The notes under the pieces are model-generated. The model searched no databases. It saw only the letters and a list, made by a program, of their open reading frames with translations, and was not told the origin of the DNA. Shown here in pieces: positions 24,931-36,572 of a stretch of 64,000 nt of DNA; the first letter of the stretch is position 1; every line of letters starts with the position of its first letter. A program made the position numbers and the translations under genes. The stretch is from a virus. The stretch is taken from IMG/VR virus record IMGVR_UViG_3300026088_000013. One strand, 5' to 3'.

Positions 24931-27900
24931 TTACTTCTTATGTGGCCTTTTCCTACTTACTTTTTTGTGTTTTTCCTTTGTACTTTTAGTGCTTTTAGGC
25001 TCGCCTCCATATGTAGATACTCCCACCCCCAAAGACGAAGGCAATCCTACTGTAAATAAAGACTTAAATCCTTCATCTTTCCATGCCTCTTTTACGTCAT
25101 TTACAATCATAGGCGTGAAAAGATCCAATGCTTTTTTAGAGGCATCAAACTTTTCTCCCGTGGCTGTTTTTTGCGCCATATAATCCCATACAGTTGCGGG
25201 AACAGGGGCCAATTTCCCACGTAAAAACGTTATTGCCACATCTGCTCTTGTTTTTCTTACCTTGTCTCTTGTTAATTCATTTATTTTACCGGTTGTAGAA
25301 GATTTGGTTTGACCGGCAATTAATTGAGAGGCCAAACGTATATATTGCTGAAAGCCTCCCCAAATATCCCATCTTGTATTACCTACGTGGATTTTCCCGA
25401 AATCCGGACTTCTTGGATCAAGTTCCACATTCGCACCAGCCAATCCGGCAATAGCTAAAACCGAACTCCCAAATGCTATAAATTTACCCATTTCCTTTAA
25501 AGCCATTATTCTAACTGGCTTCGGCAATTTTGTATAATATACTGGATTTAATAGCTGCAATCTAGACGCAATTAAACGCGGAGAGAAAAATAAAGAATTC
25601 ATTAAAGGTGCAGCATCTTTCATTGCTCCGGCTAACTCACCGCGACCAGTTGAGGCATTAATGAATTTTGCGAATGCCTTGTATAATTCAGGGCTATTCT
25701 CAAAAGTTTTTCCTTCTTCTTGAAATGCTTTAACTCCGTTATTAAATAAATCCACGCGCATCTTGTTAAGATATGCAACATAAGCGCGTTCACTTCCCTT
25801 AACCACACGGCCTATCAATGGTATTTTTTCGGCCATATTACTCATAAATGCTTCTTCTTTAGCAGCCAGATTAAGATTTGACGGGTCAGCCACATATAAT
25901 CCTGATTTTTCTATAATAGGATAATCTGAACTTTCTCTTAAATCATATAGCCAACGATCAAAATTCTTTTGAGATACCGCCGATTTAAGCATTTCTATGG
26001 CTGCCTTTGAAGCAACTATCGGATGTCCTATGGTGGCTACTGCGCCTTGACGTAAAGGAGCCGACAAATCGGCAGATGCCATAATCGTTCTTGGCACATT
26101 AACCGTCTCCATAAGTGCATCCTTAATTTTCCCCCCCGTAGTTTTAAGGGCGTACTTATCCTTCATTAAGGTCGTTTCAATCTCTGTTTTGATTTTAATT
26201 AATCGATCTTTTGCATCCAACTCCTCTTTACTTAAAGGGCGCGGTGTCGGTTTTGATTTGTACTTACCCGCCATTATATCAAATACATCCTTTTCGGTAG
26301 CTTCTGGTATTACATCTTTAACTAAAGGATGAATGTTTTTAATCAATTCGGCAACATTATCAACGCCTTCACTGACTAAACTTTTAACCAATTTGGCTAC
26401 ATGCGGAGCAATTGCTATTAATTGAGCAGCATAGGGGACATTTGCCATAGCTCCTTGTGAGCCTTTGGCAACCTTTAAATTAGCCGCCCTCATTTCAGAT
26501 AAAATATCTTTTCTTTCCTTTACATATTCCTCATGTGATTTTTTTATTGATTTAATAGTGGGAGATTTCATTTTATTAATCTCTTGCTCCACTTGGGCCT
26601 GTTCTTTCTTTTCAACTATATTTTGATACTCTTTTTTGGCCGCTTCCAATTCAGCGTGTTGTTCTACTACTTCCGACTTTTGTTCCGGCGTTAATGTTTC
26701 CACCTGATTTGCTTCCATTTTACGAATCAACAAATCAGGCAATGTTTCTTCTACCGGAACTTCCCCCTGTCTAGCTCTCAAACTTTTTGCAACTTCCCGG
26801 CCGCCTACTATATTGCTTAAATCTTTGGCTCGTTTTAATTGGGTCAATAATTCATCAGATGGGTTAACCCGAATCTTTGCCTTCAAATCTGAAATGTACT
26901 TAATCATCATGCGTTGTTCTACAGCATCCGGTTGCTCACCATTACGCATTCGGTTAAGTAATTTATTCATTGCTTGAGGATCTTTTGCGAACCGTTCATC
27001 GGCTTGCTTATCCCATGTAACAACTTTTTCGGGAGATTCCTGATAAGTAGTCAATCCAAATTCTCTTGCTGTATCATCCATTTGGGCATGCGTGATTCCC
27101 GTCATATCAGCCGTTCCCGCCACAGGATTAGTTATTTCTTCTTGACCTTGATTTTGACCTTTGGTTTGCTCCCCTTGTGGGCTGGTAGTTTCTTCTGTTC
27201 CGGATACTCCTTCGTCCAACGCTCCGCTATTTCCGGATGTTTCGCCAAAAGGAATCTCCTCTGTGCTTCCGACTGGAATGGCATTGTCTTTAAGTTTTAC
27301 GTTTTTAACAATTGGATAATGTGCTTCTTGTTGTGATAATTCAACAATATCTTTCCCAAACTCACTTTCCATTTCAGCCCGCTTTCCTGCGTTCACTTCT
27401 TCTCTTATATGAGATAGAAAATGATCTGCATGTTCCACAAAGGGGGCATATTCTTGATCGATTGTCCCGTTCTCAATCCCTTGTTGTAAAAACCCTTTAG
27501 CCGCTTCTACTTGTGCATTAGAAAAGGGAGCAGGCTCATTACTTCCTGCCCCTTCGGTTTTTACTTCATCGGCTTGGTTGGCTTGGGTTTCGGTTTCATC
27601 TTGAGGTGTGTTGTTCTTCTCATGTTGTTTGCCATAATTATCGTAATAATCATTGATTATTTTCTTTTGATCTTCAAGGGCTTTTTTCTTTGTCCCGTAA
27701 TCGGCAGATTCGCTGTTTAACTTCTTTATTTCATCATCTACTTCTTTTAAATCAAACTTACGATTGGATTCAATGAGTGATGGTATATCTTCATGGGGGT
27801 ATAACTGTTTAGCAACGCTTACAAGGTCGTCCCCAAATACTTCGGCAGTATGTTCGGCTGTTTTGGGATCATAGGCCCGATCTGCTATATCCTTTAAATG

Positions 27901-29619
27901 GTTGGCAAATTGTTCCGGATTATTCAAGGCTGCGTCTTGCAATGGTACCCCTGATATTCCTCCGACCTTTCCCTTGGCTACAATTTCTTTAGCATTGTTT
28001 ATTAGTTCTTCATTGTGCTGTCTCTTTTCATTGATAATATTATAGATCTCATTGGCTTTTTCCACGCTTAATTCCCCACTCTCTACTTGTTCACCGATGG
28101 CTTTATTTACATCATCTTCTGGCAGTTTTGCCATATTATCTACCGATGATTTGAATAACGATCCTCCGACTATTTTCGCCCCCGCTCCAATGGTTTTTAT
28201 ACCAAAATGAAAAGCAACCGGGATTAGGGCCGCTTCCACCACGCCTTCACCAGCTTTTTTATCGGAATGTATGTTTTTGGCCGCCTGCGTAATTCCCCCC
28301 AAAACACCCACCCCGGCAGCTTCCGGCGAAGACGCCGCCATTTCTTTTACAGCCCCCTTTACCGCTCCTAAAAATCCGGGGGTCATTCTGCCCGTTGCGC
28401 CCGCCGGAAGGCCCATTTTAGCTCCGGTAGCTGTCATAAGGGCCCCCATAGTCACATCTGCCTTAGCATCAAAGGCGGCCCTATTCTTCGCCATTGCAAG
28501 TGCATCTTCCGGGCTATGTCCTTGATCTCTTAATTCTTTATAGAAATGATTAAAGGAATTAGCGTATCCTCTTTCATAGAAGTCGGGAGAGGTTAGCAAT
28601 GCAGATAACCACGGTACAGCAGGAGTTGCACCGCCACCGGTAGCCACGTCTAAAATGGCGGGCAAAGCGCCCTTGCCTAACGTGGCTCCTTCCGAACCGG
28701 CCATATGTCCGAACCCACCTCCAAATCCTTCTGCCACGGGTTCCGGTTCATCTTCATTATGTGGTGTATTTTGGCGCTTTTCGTATTCCGCGATTATATC
28801 TTCATCTTTTGCATTATGCAGGAAATCATAATCATTAAACTGTTGTTTTCTTTGGGAAAGTCCCCGTTTAAATGATTCGATTAATCCTTCTGGTTTTTTA
28901 ACTCCACCACCACTTAATATATTGTATTCATTTTCTCCCTTTTCTATCCCCTCTTTATTCTTTAATATTTGACCTGTATTCGTTCCTTTGGCGCGCCCTT
29001 CGGAATCTATTAAATAGGTATCCGCTGCTATTTTTTTATGCTCCGATGGATTGAGGCTAGCGTGTTCATACAACGTCTCGCGGGCAAGATTGGGATCTTG
29101 TTCCATTTTAGCCCGGAAGTCTTGTATCTCCTTAGCGCCTACTTGAATACTGGCTTTTGGTATCAGGCTCTCTATTCTCGATAAATCTATTTTATTAGCA
29201 GTTGCATCTATTCCTTTTTGCTGCAATTCATTTTGAATATTTGCCATTTGTTCCTGCTTCTTATGTTTCGTTATCAAACTTTTGATAGCAGGGTCGGCAT
29301 TTTTCAATATATCATTTATTCTAACTTTTGCAGCAGCGGCCTCATATTGGTGTTTTGTTTCCAGTTCTTTAGGATAGTCCGGGGCTATATAACTAATGGG
29401 ATTAGAGAAGTCTACCGTCCCTTTTATCGGTGGTTCAAAAGCGGGCGCAGCTGTTTGGTTTGTTCTGGATACAACGCCAAAATCAACCCGTTCTTTATAT
29501 TCGGGATGTTTGGCGATGATCCGATTTACTAAATCAGTATCTGGAATATCCTTATAATCAGGATATTTGGCTTTTATCCTTGCGGCAAATTGTTCTATCG
29601 TTTCTTTATCTCCGGGCAT
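24931..29619 (-). CDS. Large internal virion/ejection protein
   Basis: 1562 aa helical; N-terminal FAARIKAKYPDY motif; C-terminal DPRSPDFGKI..GNTRWDIWGGFQQY; position after nozzle. Confidence 0.7.
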   Translation of the reverse strand: MPGDKETIEQFAARIKAKYPDYKDIPDTDLVNRIIAKHPEYKERVDFGVVSRTNQTAAPAFEPPIKGTVDFSNPISYIAPDYPKELETKHQYEAAAAKVRINDILKNADPAIKSLITKHKKQEQMANIQNELQQKGIDATANKIDLSRIESLIPKASIQVGAKEIQDFRAKMEQDPNLARETLYEHASLNPSEHKKIAADTYLIDSEGRAKGTNTGQILKNKEGIEKGENEYNILSGGGVKKPEGLIESFKRGLSQRKQQFNDYDFLHNAKDEDIIAEYEKRQNTPHNEDEPEPVAEGFGGGFGHMAGSEGATLGKGALPAILDVATGGGATPAVPWLSALLTSPDFYERGYANSFNHFYKELRDQGHSPEDALAMAKNRAAFDAKADVTMGALMTATGAKMGLPAGATGRMTPGFLGAVKGAVKEMAASSPEAAGVGVLGGITQAAKNIHSDKKAGEGVVEAALIPVAFHFGIKTIGAGAKIVGGSLFKSSVDNMAKLPEDDVNKAIGEQVESGELSVEKANEIYNIINEKRQHNEELINNAKEIVAKGKVGGISGVPLQDAALNNPEQFANHLKDIADRAYDPKTAEHTAEVFGDDLVSVAKQLYPHEDIPSLIESNRKFDLKEVDDEIKKLNSESADYGTKKKALEDQKKIINDYYDNYGKQHEKNNTPQDETETQANQADEVKTEGAGSNEPAPFSNAQVEAAKGFLQQGIENGTIDQEYAPFVEHADHFLSHIREEVNAGKRAEMESEFGKDIVELSQQEAHYPIVKNVKLKDNAIPVGSTEEIPFGETSGNSGALDEGVSGTEETTSPQGEQTKGQNQGQEEITNPVAGTADMTGITHAQMDDTAREFGLTTYQESPEKVVTWDKQADERFAKDPQAMNKLLNRMRNGEQPDAVEQRMMIKYISDLKAKIRVNPSDELLTQLKRAKDLSNIVGGREVAKSLRARQGEVPVEETLPDLLIRKMEANQVETLTPEQKSEVVEQHAELEAAKKEYQNIVEKKEQAQVEQEINKMKSPTIKSIKKSHEEYVKERKDILSEMRAANLKVAKGSQGAMANVPYAAQLIAIAPHVAKLVKSLVSEGVDNVAELIKNIHPLVKDVIPEATEKDVFDIMAGKYKSKPTPRPLSKEELDAKDRLIKIKTEIETTLMKDKYALKTTGGKIKDALMETVNVPRTIMASADLSAPLRQGAVATIGHPIVASKAAIEMLKSAVSQKNFDRWLYDLRESSDYPIIEKSGLYVADPSNLNLAAKEEAFMSNMAEKIPLIGRVVKGSERAYVAYLNKMRVDLFNNGVKAFQEEGKTFENSPELYKAFAKFINASTGRGELAGAMKDAAPLMNSLFFSPRLIASRLQLLNPVYYTKLPKPVRIMALKEMGKFIAFGSSVLAIAGLAGANVELDPRSPDFGKIHVGNTRWDIWGGFQQYIRLASQLIAGQTKSSTTGKINELTRDKVRKTRADVAITFLRGKLAPVPATVWDYMAQKTATGEKFDASKKALDLFTPMIVNDVKEAWKDEGFKSLFTVGLPSSLGVGVSTYGGEPKSTKSTKEKHKKVSRKRPHKK

Positions 29620-31085
29620 TAGAATATCCCTAACGGGTCATTTTTAGGTTTAGTTGTCGTTGGCTTACTTCCCGACAAAGCGGCTTTAATCTCTTTTGCC
29701 CTAGCTTTACCGGTGGCATTTTTTGCACCCAAATTAACGGCGAACTGAACATCGCTTATAGGCCTACTTAAATCTTCATCTGCGACATAGCCACCTTTAC
29801 TATATTGCAGCGGTTTTCCCTTGTCATCATATTGATAATATATGGGCAACAATTTATCATCATCTGTAATGTACACCCTGTCAGGCACGTTTTTACCGAC
29901 AGTTAAAGCATCTACTATGACTTTATTCAACGGCACTCTATGACCATAAACCTTAGCACCACTTTGGGCTTTTTCTGTAATCTTCACCAATGGCGTGGCC
30001 TTGGCCTCCTCAAATACCTTATCGCGGAAAGTATTTGCCCACGTATCGTTTAATTGAGTGTCATTGGGATCGATTTTCTTTCTATAGTCAATAAGTTCCT
30101 TTGCATTTGCTTGTCGAATAGCTTCTGTTTGCCTCATCCGATTAGTTTCCATTGCGAATTTCTTGGCCTCATTCGTTTTATATTGGGGAATACCCTCTTT
30201 GGGTTCATTCGCTAAGAAATATTTTTTGGCCTGAAAATTGGCAAAATCCACGGCATCATTCCCTGTGTTGGTTGGCAAGTCTTGCGCATCCGGGATACCA
30301 GCTTTTTGCCATTTTTCTTTTGGAATGGCAGCGAAATCCTGATTTATCTTATCTCTTTCTTGTTGTGTTACATGGTTCCATAGATAACTAGCTGCTTTAG
30401 ATGCCTTATGGGTTCCCAATCCAGCCAAAACCGTTTCCGCATATTGCTTTGGTGAATTACCAAATAAATACGGCGTAATTTTAGTTTGCAATCCCATTTG
30501 GTCTATAGGTGCTTCGGCTGAATAAACCTGCTTGGGTTGTCCGGCGGCGGCGGTAAATATTTTAGAAAAGTCTTGATCGGGCCCTTTATACATATAAGTA
30601 TCCATATTGGATAAGTCACCTAGTTTATGCGACTTTAATTGTTTTAAAGGCGTATCTTGCGCGGCGCTAATAAGCTCCCCATAATTATCCGTAAAGTTAT
30701 CCGGATGTGTGCTATGTGCTTGGTTAAGTCCTTTAAGAATATCTTTATACTCTTTGCTTCCATTAATAGTACTATGTGTATCTGCTAACGCTTCATTAGC
30801 CTGCTGTTGGATTTGGGCGTATTTTTTGGGGTCTTGCTGTAACGTCTTATCAAACAGAAGTTGCTTTTTAAGCCCTTTATATTTATTCCATGAATCCACA
30901 ACGTCTGGAACATCTTTAGCTCTTACATTAGCAAATTCTTTTTGCATTTGAGCATCGGCTACAGCATTTTCTTGTTGCGCTTTTGCTTGCCGTTGACGCT
31001 GTTCTTGATACAACAACGCGGCCGTCCTGTCTAACGAGGGCGTCCCCACTAAAAAAATATCACCGAATGCAGCCTGTTGGGCCAT
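29619..31085 (-). CDS. Internal virion/ejection protein
   Basis: 488 aa Q/K-rich helical, between small and large ejection genes. Confidence 0.6.
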   Translation of the reverse strand: MAQQAAFGDIFLVGTPSLDRTAALLYQEQRQRQAKAQQENAVADAQMQKEFANVRAKDVPDVVDSWNKYKGLKKQLLFDKTLQQDPKKYAQIQQQANEALADTHSTINGSKEYKDILKGLNQAHSTHPDNFTDNYGELISAAQDTPLKQLKSHKLGDLSNMDTYMYKGPDQDFSKIFTAAAGQPKQVYSAEAPIDQMGLQTKITPYLFGNSPKQYAETVLAGLGTHKASKAASYLWNHVTQQERDKINQDFAAIPKEKWQKAGIPDAQDLPTNTGNDAVDFANFQAKKYFLANEPKEGIPQYKTNEAKKFAMETNRMRQTEAIRQANAKELIDYRKKIDPNDTQLNDTWANTFRDKVFEEAKATPLVKITEKAQSGAKVYGHRVPLNKVIVDALTVGKNVPDRVYITDDDKLLPIYYQYDDKGKPLQYSKGGYVADEDLSRPISDVQFAVNLGAKNATGKARAKEIKAALSGSKPTTTKPKNDPLGIF

Positions 31086-31106
31086 TTTTTTCTTTTTATT
31101 TCTTTT

Positions 31107-31700
31107 TTAATATCCTGTCCATCCGCTTCTTGTAGTACCTCCACGTCCCCCCCCTATCCCCATTAATGCACCTGATGCCAATTTGTCAATACCTCCGGTT
31201 AAGTTCTGATTGCCTGCGCCCAATAAACCAAGTGCATACGACCTGTCTTGTTCGTATGGTTGCATCTGATTTATCTGGAAAGCCTTATCCTTATACCCTG
31301 CCACTTGGTTGTTTATTCCATACAAGGTGTTTTGATTTTTAAGCCTTGCATTGGCATTTGCTACATCCAAATTCAGCGATGCATCATTCCCCATTTGCTG
31401 TGTCCCGGCGACTGCCAGCAATCCTCCTCGTCTATCGGAAGCCCTTTGTAATGCAGTATTTTGTTGACGCGCAATATTCTGCATGCCCTGTTGATATTGT
31501 TCTGATGGCAATCCTTGCCGGGCATTCAATTCTGCCTGTTTCTGATTCTGCATCACTTCATTTGGTATCGTATATTGTGGCCTGTTCAAACGAGATAATA
31601 ATTTATTGGCCTTGTGCTTTTGGAAAAGTCCGGTAATACCGGAAATTAATCCACTAGCCGCACTGGCTATTCCTGATGTCATTAAGCCGCCCGCTGGCAT
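31107..31700 (-). CDS. Small ejection protein (P22 gp7/T7 gp14-like position)
   Basis: Gly/Ala hydrophobic termini, Q/N-rich coiled middle. Confidence 0.7.
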   Translation of the reverse strand: MPAGGLMTSGIASAASGLISGITGLFQKHKANKLLSRLNRPQYTIPNEVMQNQKQAELNARQGLPSEQYQQGMQNIARQQNTALQRASDRRGGLLAVAGTQQMGNDASLNLDVANANARLKNQNTLYGINNQVAGYKDKAFQINQMQPYEQDRSYALGLLGAGNQNLTGGIDKLASGALMGIGGGRGGTTRSGWTGY

Positions 31701-31711
31701 ATATGTAAATT

Positions 31712-32137
31712 TTAATTATGTTGTAATATTGTTACATTATCAAATACGATATCCATCCCGCATTTTTTCAGGAAGTTTATCGCTCGATCATTATAGGAAT
31801 ACAAGATGCTTTGAAACCCACTACCTAACGTAGCCTTTATAATATTCCAAAATTCAATTAAATTGTCCTTTGTTCTTTCATTCACATCTAAACCAAAACT
31901 AACTAATAAGGTATTACAATAAGCAAAATATCCCACCGGGCGATCCCCTATTTGAAGTCCATATAAAATAGCTTCCGGATAATTATTTTTTATTTTTTGA
32001 AACACGTTTTCACAAGCTTCTTCTAGTGTACTTATATTTTCACCTTTGTCATAATACGCCAACAGGTCAATATCTTCTATAAAGGCTGCATAAATATATT
32101 CCTTTAGCCGATCAATATGTATTTTAATTCTTTCCAT
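31712..32137 (-). CDS. GNAT-fold virion-module protein
   Basis: VGYFAY...NDRAINFLKKCGM; typical position between nozzle and ejection genes; start MERIK. Confidence 0.6.
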   Translation of the reverse strand: MERIKIHIDRLKEYIYAAFIEDIDLLAYYDKGENISTLEEACENVFQKIKNNYPEAILYGLQIGDRPVGYFAYCNTLLVSFGLDVNERTKDNLIEFWNIIKATLGSGFQSILYSYNDRAINFLKKCGMDIVFDNVTILQHN

Positions 32138-32138
32138 T

Positions 32139-35100
32139 TTAAAAGTTTCTAGGGTTTGGTTGCCACGTAACATATGGAGCAAAGAACCATGCAAAATTTG
32201 AAATTCCATACCTGAATTTTACCCTAATCCAATTTCCAGTTAAAAAATCACCTTCCACAAGGGCTAGTTGTGTATTTTGCATACTAGCCTTATCCCGTAA
32301 AAATGACGCATACCTGACATTATCCATTATTTCATAATCCGATGCCAATAATGTACTGTATTGCTGGATACCGGTTTGCGGATTAATCATTGATGTTACG
32401 ATATCAAAGTTTGTATTATTATCCCAAACCCGATTGCTTTGGTATGCTACATTATTATACGTTTTCTTGATAGCCTCTTTGTCATTGAATACCAGATCTA
32501 TCATTGAATAATAAGTCGTCCCGTAAAAGGTGTTTCTGTTTATTTCATCGTTATGAATATATAATTGACCATTTAACCATGAAAAAACGGTGTCTTCTGC
32601 GGATGCCATCCAATCAGGTGTGAAATCATAAAAGCAGGAATACGCATTTCTTTTTTCATTAAACCCAAATACATTCGCTTGCGTCTCTGTAGAGTTTTGC
32701 AAATAACAAACATATTCTTCTTCAAAATAATCATAATATCCTAATACATTTGAGCGACTACCGTTTGCTCTTAATAGGTCTTTGCTATAAGGAGTTAGTA
32801 GGTTTTTAATGGTATATTGGCCCTTATACAATTCCGATATAGGTATAATTCCATCATTACTCAACCTTAACTGATATCCTCGTATGGGATCGACGAAGTA
32901 ATCCTGAATTTTCCCGTGGACAATGCTTTCGGGCCGGTTATACACTCCGTATTCACCGGAATAATATTGAACATTATTGGACGTGATTATACTATCCGTT
33001 GTGGTAAGGGTATTTTGCCCGCTACTATCCTGTATGAACTTCGCATAAATACCCATTTGAAAACAATATCTTTCCTGCCACCCTCTTAAAATTCTATCTC
33101 TCACCTTCAGCTTTTTAATTGCTCCTTTGCCACGGTCAAGGGTATCAAAATCAGTAGAATAAAACCGATTGCTTTGATTTATATTGGTGTCCACCAAATA
33201 AGACTGCCCCCACCTTAATAGTGTCGGGAAGGTTACAGTAGCGGCATTCGGATCATGGATTAATTGTCTCCCGTTTGAATTTACGGCGCTAGGATAAAAA
33301 TCAGAAAAATTAGGGTCTATCATTCCTTGGGAAAAGAATTGCTGGCTTGTAATTGTCAAATTAGTTGTCGCCATACTCCTCGTGTGGTCAAAATCCGGAT
33401 ACGAAAACCCTAAAGGGGTTACAAATTGGCCGGTTGTTAATGTAAAGGTAGTATCAACCAAAAATGTATATGTATTTGCTTTTGAATTATCAAATACGGG
33501 GCTTAATGCAATGACCGCTCCATCACTTCTCTGTAATAAAAATTGATACAAATCATCCGATCTATCATCTGGAAATGTTATTTGCAAAGTGCCTTGTATT
33601 CTAAAGGTATAATTTCCAGAAACTACCTTTAAAACCAATCGGGATGAATTAGAAAAAGACCAGCCTATAAGATTGTTATAGGGTGACGTTCCGGTTTGTA
33701 TATTCGGATCGTTATACGATATACTTGTGGGGGTCATGCCTAGTGTAACTCGTCCTGCATTACCATCGGCTCCACCCCCCGGAGAAATCGCATATATAAT
33801 CTCCACGCCGGTATTAACCTTCCGCTCTCTAAAATAGTAATCCCCTTTAGTTAAAATGAAGGTTGCTGGTGTTACTAAGTTAGAAGTTTGGTTCTGTGTT
33901 TGGCCCTGATGATACTGATTCCCCGTTCCCGGAGATATAATATCATAACGTTCGCTAAATTCAAAATACGCATCCAATCCATTGGCTACCGGTTGTGCCG
34001 GGCTATACAATTCAATGAAATAATTATTAAACCCTGTACCGAAATCGAACGTACCGCTTGTAGCTGGTAGTATTATTTTAATGAATTGTCCGGTTTGTTG
34101 AACGCCATTTATTATTGGATTTAAAAGCTGTCCTTGAATCTCAAAATCCTTGTCTGTATAAACCGGATTTACTAATGACAAGTTAAATAGTTTAATAAAC
34201 CTAATCCTGTCATTGGCCGAAAACTGATAAGTTAAAGGGGAATTGGGATTGTTTTTTACAAAGGTATTAAGATTTTCAATAGATATGTACGCGTATTGAA
34301 CCCCCGAAGATGAAACACTGGCATCCTTAATAGTCCTATCGCTTATCCATTGTGTTATTTTTGATTTGGATAGGTTTTTAGTTCTTACTATCCGAAATGA
34401 TCTGGCCCAAAGAGGGGGCCTATGGTAAATATTTAATGTAAACTTGGGCAACTGTAATACAAAACTAACTTCCTCGTATTTGTTAGATTGTACGGCCATC
34501 TGCACATTTGTGTCTATGCCATTTGTGCGCATCTTTTCATCTGCGTACTCTATCCCAAAATCATAATTACTCCACCAATCATAAACGGCATAAGAGCTTT
34601 TATCCGTAATAAGGGTAGAAGACTGAATTGAATTATACCTGTCTAATACGGTGGCAGCTTTGATTATAAATAAGTTATTATTGTCAGAGCTTATTACAGT
34701 AAATCCATTACTTACCGCGCTTGCCGCTAATCCACTAATCACATTAGCGGATGATTCGCCAACGCCAGCCGAATAAGATACCGTTGTCGCTCCAAAATAA
34801 GCGGCAAAGAAATCTGCCTGTGATATTTTACCGGCAACCACCATATGAACAACTCCACTCCCATTAGCTGTATCGCCTCCTTGTGTTGCGATGAACAAAA
34901 AGAATTTATTTGTTCTATTAACCTCTATTTTATCAGAGGCAACGTTGGTTGTATTAGTGCCATTGGTTAATTGGGTTAAGTTTGGATAGCCTTCTGTAAT
35001 ATTGGCGTAGATAAGGGTATTCCCATTTAATATTTCTTGTGCTTGAGCTGCTTGTGGCACTAAGTCAAATAGTAAAATACTTTCATTAATAAGTGGATTG

Positions 35101-36017
35101 GTGTTTGTTTCTACATAATTGTATTGTTTGTCATTATAGAACCGGAACAAATAAATATCATTGCTAGGTATATTTAATTCAGCTTTGTTAAGAACGGCAA
35201 TCGTAAAGAAATCACTAAACCCATTCCCCACACTAACGGCTGCCGCAATTTCTATTTTTTTTACATTAGGTTTACCCGTTTGTACGACTACGGCTATATC
35301 TGCGTTTTTTGTCGGGTCTGCATCATTGGTATTATCAAATGGATTTAATGGTAATGGCAATTCACTGTGTTCCCCCCAAGTACTTTTATCATTATCATCA
35401 AACCATTCCCTTGCCTTGAATACAAACAGCTTTTTCCGCATGTTGTTGACGGTAACAGTAGGGTCGTCTTCATAGGATACTATCGGCGGGATGCTTGGGG
35501 GTTCTTTTGCCACATCTAAATAAGACCTTTCAATAGTTCCATACCCACCGGACAATGCCCGGTCAATATTTATTTTACAGGGTTGGCCTTGACAATTAAG
35601 GAAGTAATAAATATCCCCTTGTGTATTGTCGCCATATATTATCCCAACATGAATTATTGGGTGCAGCAAATCAAAATTCAAGATATCCCCGCTAGTTCCG
35701 GAGTTACTTTTAACTATTCTTTGAATGGTTCCCGTAGAGAGTTGATAAAAATATATTCCATGATTTCCGTTGGAATTATAATTGTGATAAATAAGTCGGC
35801 CTTTAACTTGATCGTAGTAGTGCCCTATACAAACGTTGGTTCCGTCTGGTAAATCAGTATTCGGTATAAGAGTAGTGCCGGGGAGGTTTTCTATCCTCAT
35901 GTGCGGCGGCGTCCCTCTAAATCTTATGTTCCTAGCATTAGCATGATGAACCGAAGGAATTATTTCTTCCGGGTCGTCCAAATTCATTATGCCTGCTATT
36001 TGTTTTGCTTCTATCAT
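32139..36017 (-). CDS. Tail nozzle/muzzle (stabilization) protein
   Basis: 1292 aa beta-rich; MNLDD...ARNIR N-terminus; QYYSGEYGV..PES; FNEKRNAY.CFYDF.P. Confidence 0.8.
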   Translation of the reverse strand: MIEAKQIAGIMNLDDPEEIIPSVHHANARNIRFRGTPPHMRIENLPGTTLIPNTDLPDGTNVCIGHYYDQVKGRLIYHNYNSNGNHGIYFYQLSTGTIQRIVKSNSGTSGDILNFDLLHPIIHVGIIYGDNTQGDIYYFLNCQGQPCKINIDRALSGGYGTIERSYLDVAKEPPSIPPIVSYEDDPTVTVNNMRKKLFVFKAREWFDDNDKSTWGEHSELPLPLNPFDNTNDADPTKNADIAVVVQTGKPNVKKIEIAAAVSVGNGFSDFFTIAVLNKAELNIPSNDIYLFRFYNDKQYNYVETNTNPLINESILLFDLVPQAAQAQEILNGNTLIYANITEGYPNLTQLTNGTNTTNVASDKIEVNRTNKFFLFIATQGGDTANGSGVVHMVVAGKISQADFFAAYFGATTVSYSAGVGESSANVISGLAASAVSNGFTVISSDNNNLFIIKAATVLDRYNSIQSSTLITDKSSYAVYDWWSNYDFGIEYADEKMRTNGIDTNVQMAVQSNKYEEVSFVLQLPKFTLNIYHRPPLWARSFRIVRTKNLSKSKITQWISDRTIKDASVSSSGVQYAYISIENLNTFVKNNPNSPLTYQFSANDRIRFIKLFNLSLVNPVYTDKDFEIQGQLLNPIINGVQQTGQFIKIILPATSGTFDFGTGFNNYFIELYSPAQPVANGLDAYFEFSERYDIISPGTGNQYHQGQTQNQTSNLVTPATFILTKGDYYFRERKVNTGVEIIYAISPGGGADGNAGRVTLGMTPTSISYNDPNIQTGTSPYNNLIGWSFSNSSRLVLKVVSGNYTFRIQGTLQITFPDDRSDDLYQFLLQRSDGAVIALSPVFDNSKANTYTFLVDTTFTLTTGQFVTPLGFSYPDFDHTRSMATTNLTITSQQFFSQGMIDPNFSDFYPSAVNSNGRQLIHDPNAATVTFPTLLRWGQSYLVDTNINQSNRFYSTDFDTLDRGKGAIKKLKVRDRILRGWQERYCFQMGIYAKFIQDSSGQNTLTTTDSIITSNNVQYYSGEYGVYNRPESIVHGKIQDYFVDPIRGYQLRLSNDGIIPISELYKGQYTIKNLLTPYSKDLLRANGSRSNVLGYYDYFEEEYVCYLQNSTETQANVFGFNEKRNAYSCFYDFTPDWMASAEDTVFSWLNGQLYIHNDEINRNTFYGTTYYSMIDLVFNDKEAIKKTYNNVAYQSNRVWDNNTNFDIVTSMINPQTGIQQYSTLLASDYEIMDNVRYASFLRDKASMQNTQLALVEGDFLTGNWIRVKFRYGISNFAWFFAPYVTWQPNPRNF

Positions 36018-36562
36018 TATAAATATTCCACTAGATATCCCTTAATAGATTTCCTAGTTCCATTTAAAACATTACCGATAGCACCACTACTTGTGTTAAA
36101 GTATTTTGCTGCTGATAATCCCGAATTAAAAGAAATCGTACTATGGTCTTTGATTAACACTACAGGTTTCCTAGATTTATGTATTCTTTCTTTGAATAGC
36201 CCATTATTAATGGCATGTTCCATATTGTATGAATTATCACACCATTCCAAGTTTTCAACTCTATTATCGGTTTTAATACCATTGATATGGTTGACTTGGG
36301 GATTATTTTGTGTATTTTTAACCCACCCATTAGCTACAATCCTATGAACAACCAAAGTACGATCTACTCCATTTTTACACAACATAACTGTTAAATAACC
36401 CTTTCCGTTGGGAGCACTTTTAAGAATACGGCCTTTTCTCTTTATAGCGCCCTTCGTAGGATGATTTATTACCCTATCAATACTTCTAATATTACCCATA
36501 TTAGAAACTTCATAATAGCCTTCGTAATCTTTTATTGTTTTCCATAATTCAATCATAACCAT
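36017..36562 (-). CDS. NUMOD4-HNH homing endonuclease
   Basis: WKTIKDYEGYYEVSNMGNIRS; VNHINGIKTDNRVENLEW. Confidence 0.92.
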   Translation of the reverse strand: MVMIELWKTIKDYEGYYEVSNMGNIRSIDRVINHPTKGAIKRKGRILKSAPNGKGYLTVMLCKNGVDRTLVVHRIVANGWVKNTQNNPQVNHINGIKTDNRVENLEWCDNSYNMEHAINNGLFKERIHKSRKPVVLIKDHSTISFNSGLSAAKYFNTSSGAIGNVLNGTRKSIKGYLVEYL

Positions 36563-36572
36563 ATAATTATTA

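Noticed and set aside
24931-29619. Virion RNA polymerase
   Set aside because: No DxDxD catalytic motif seen and the protein is smaller than expected; kept as ejection protein
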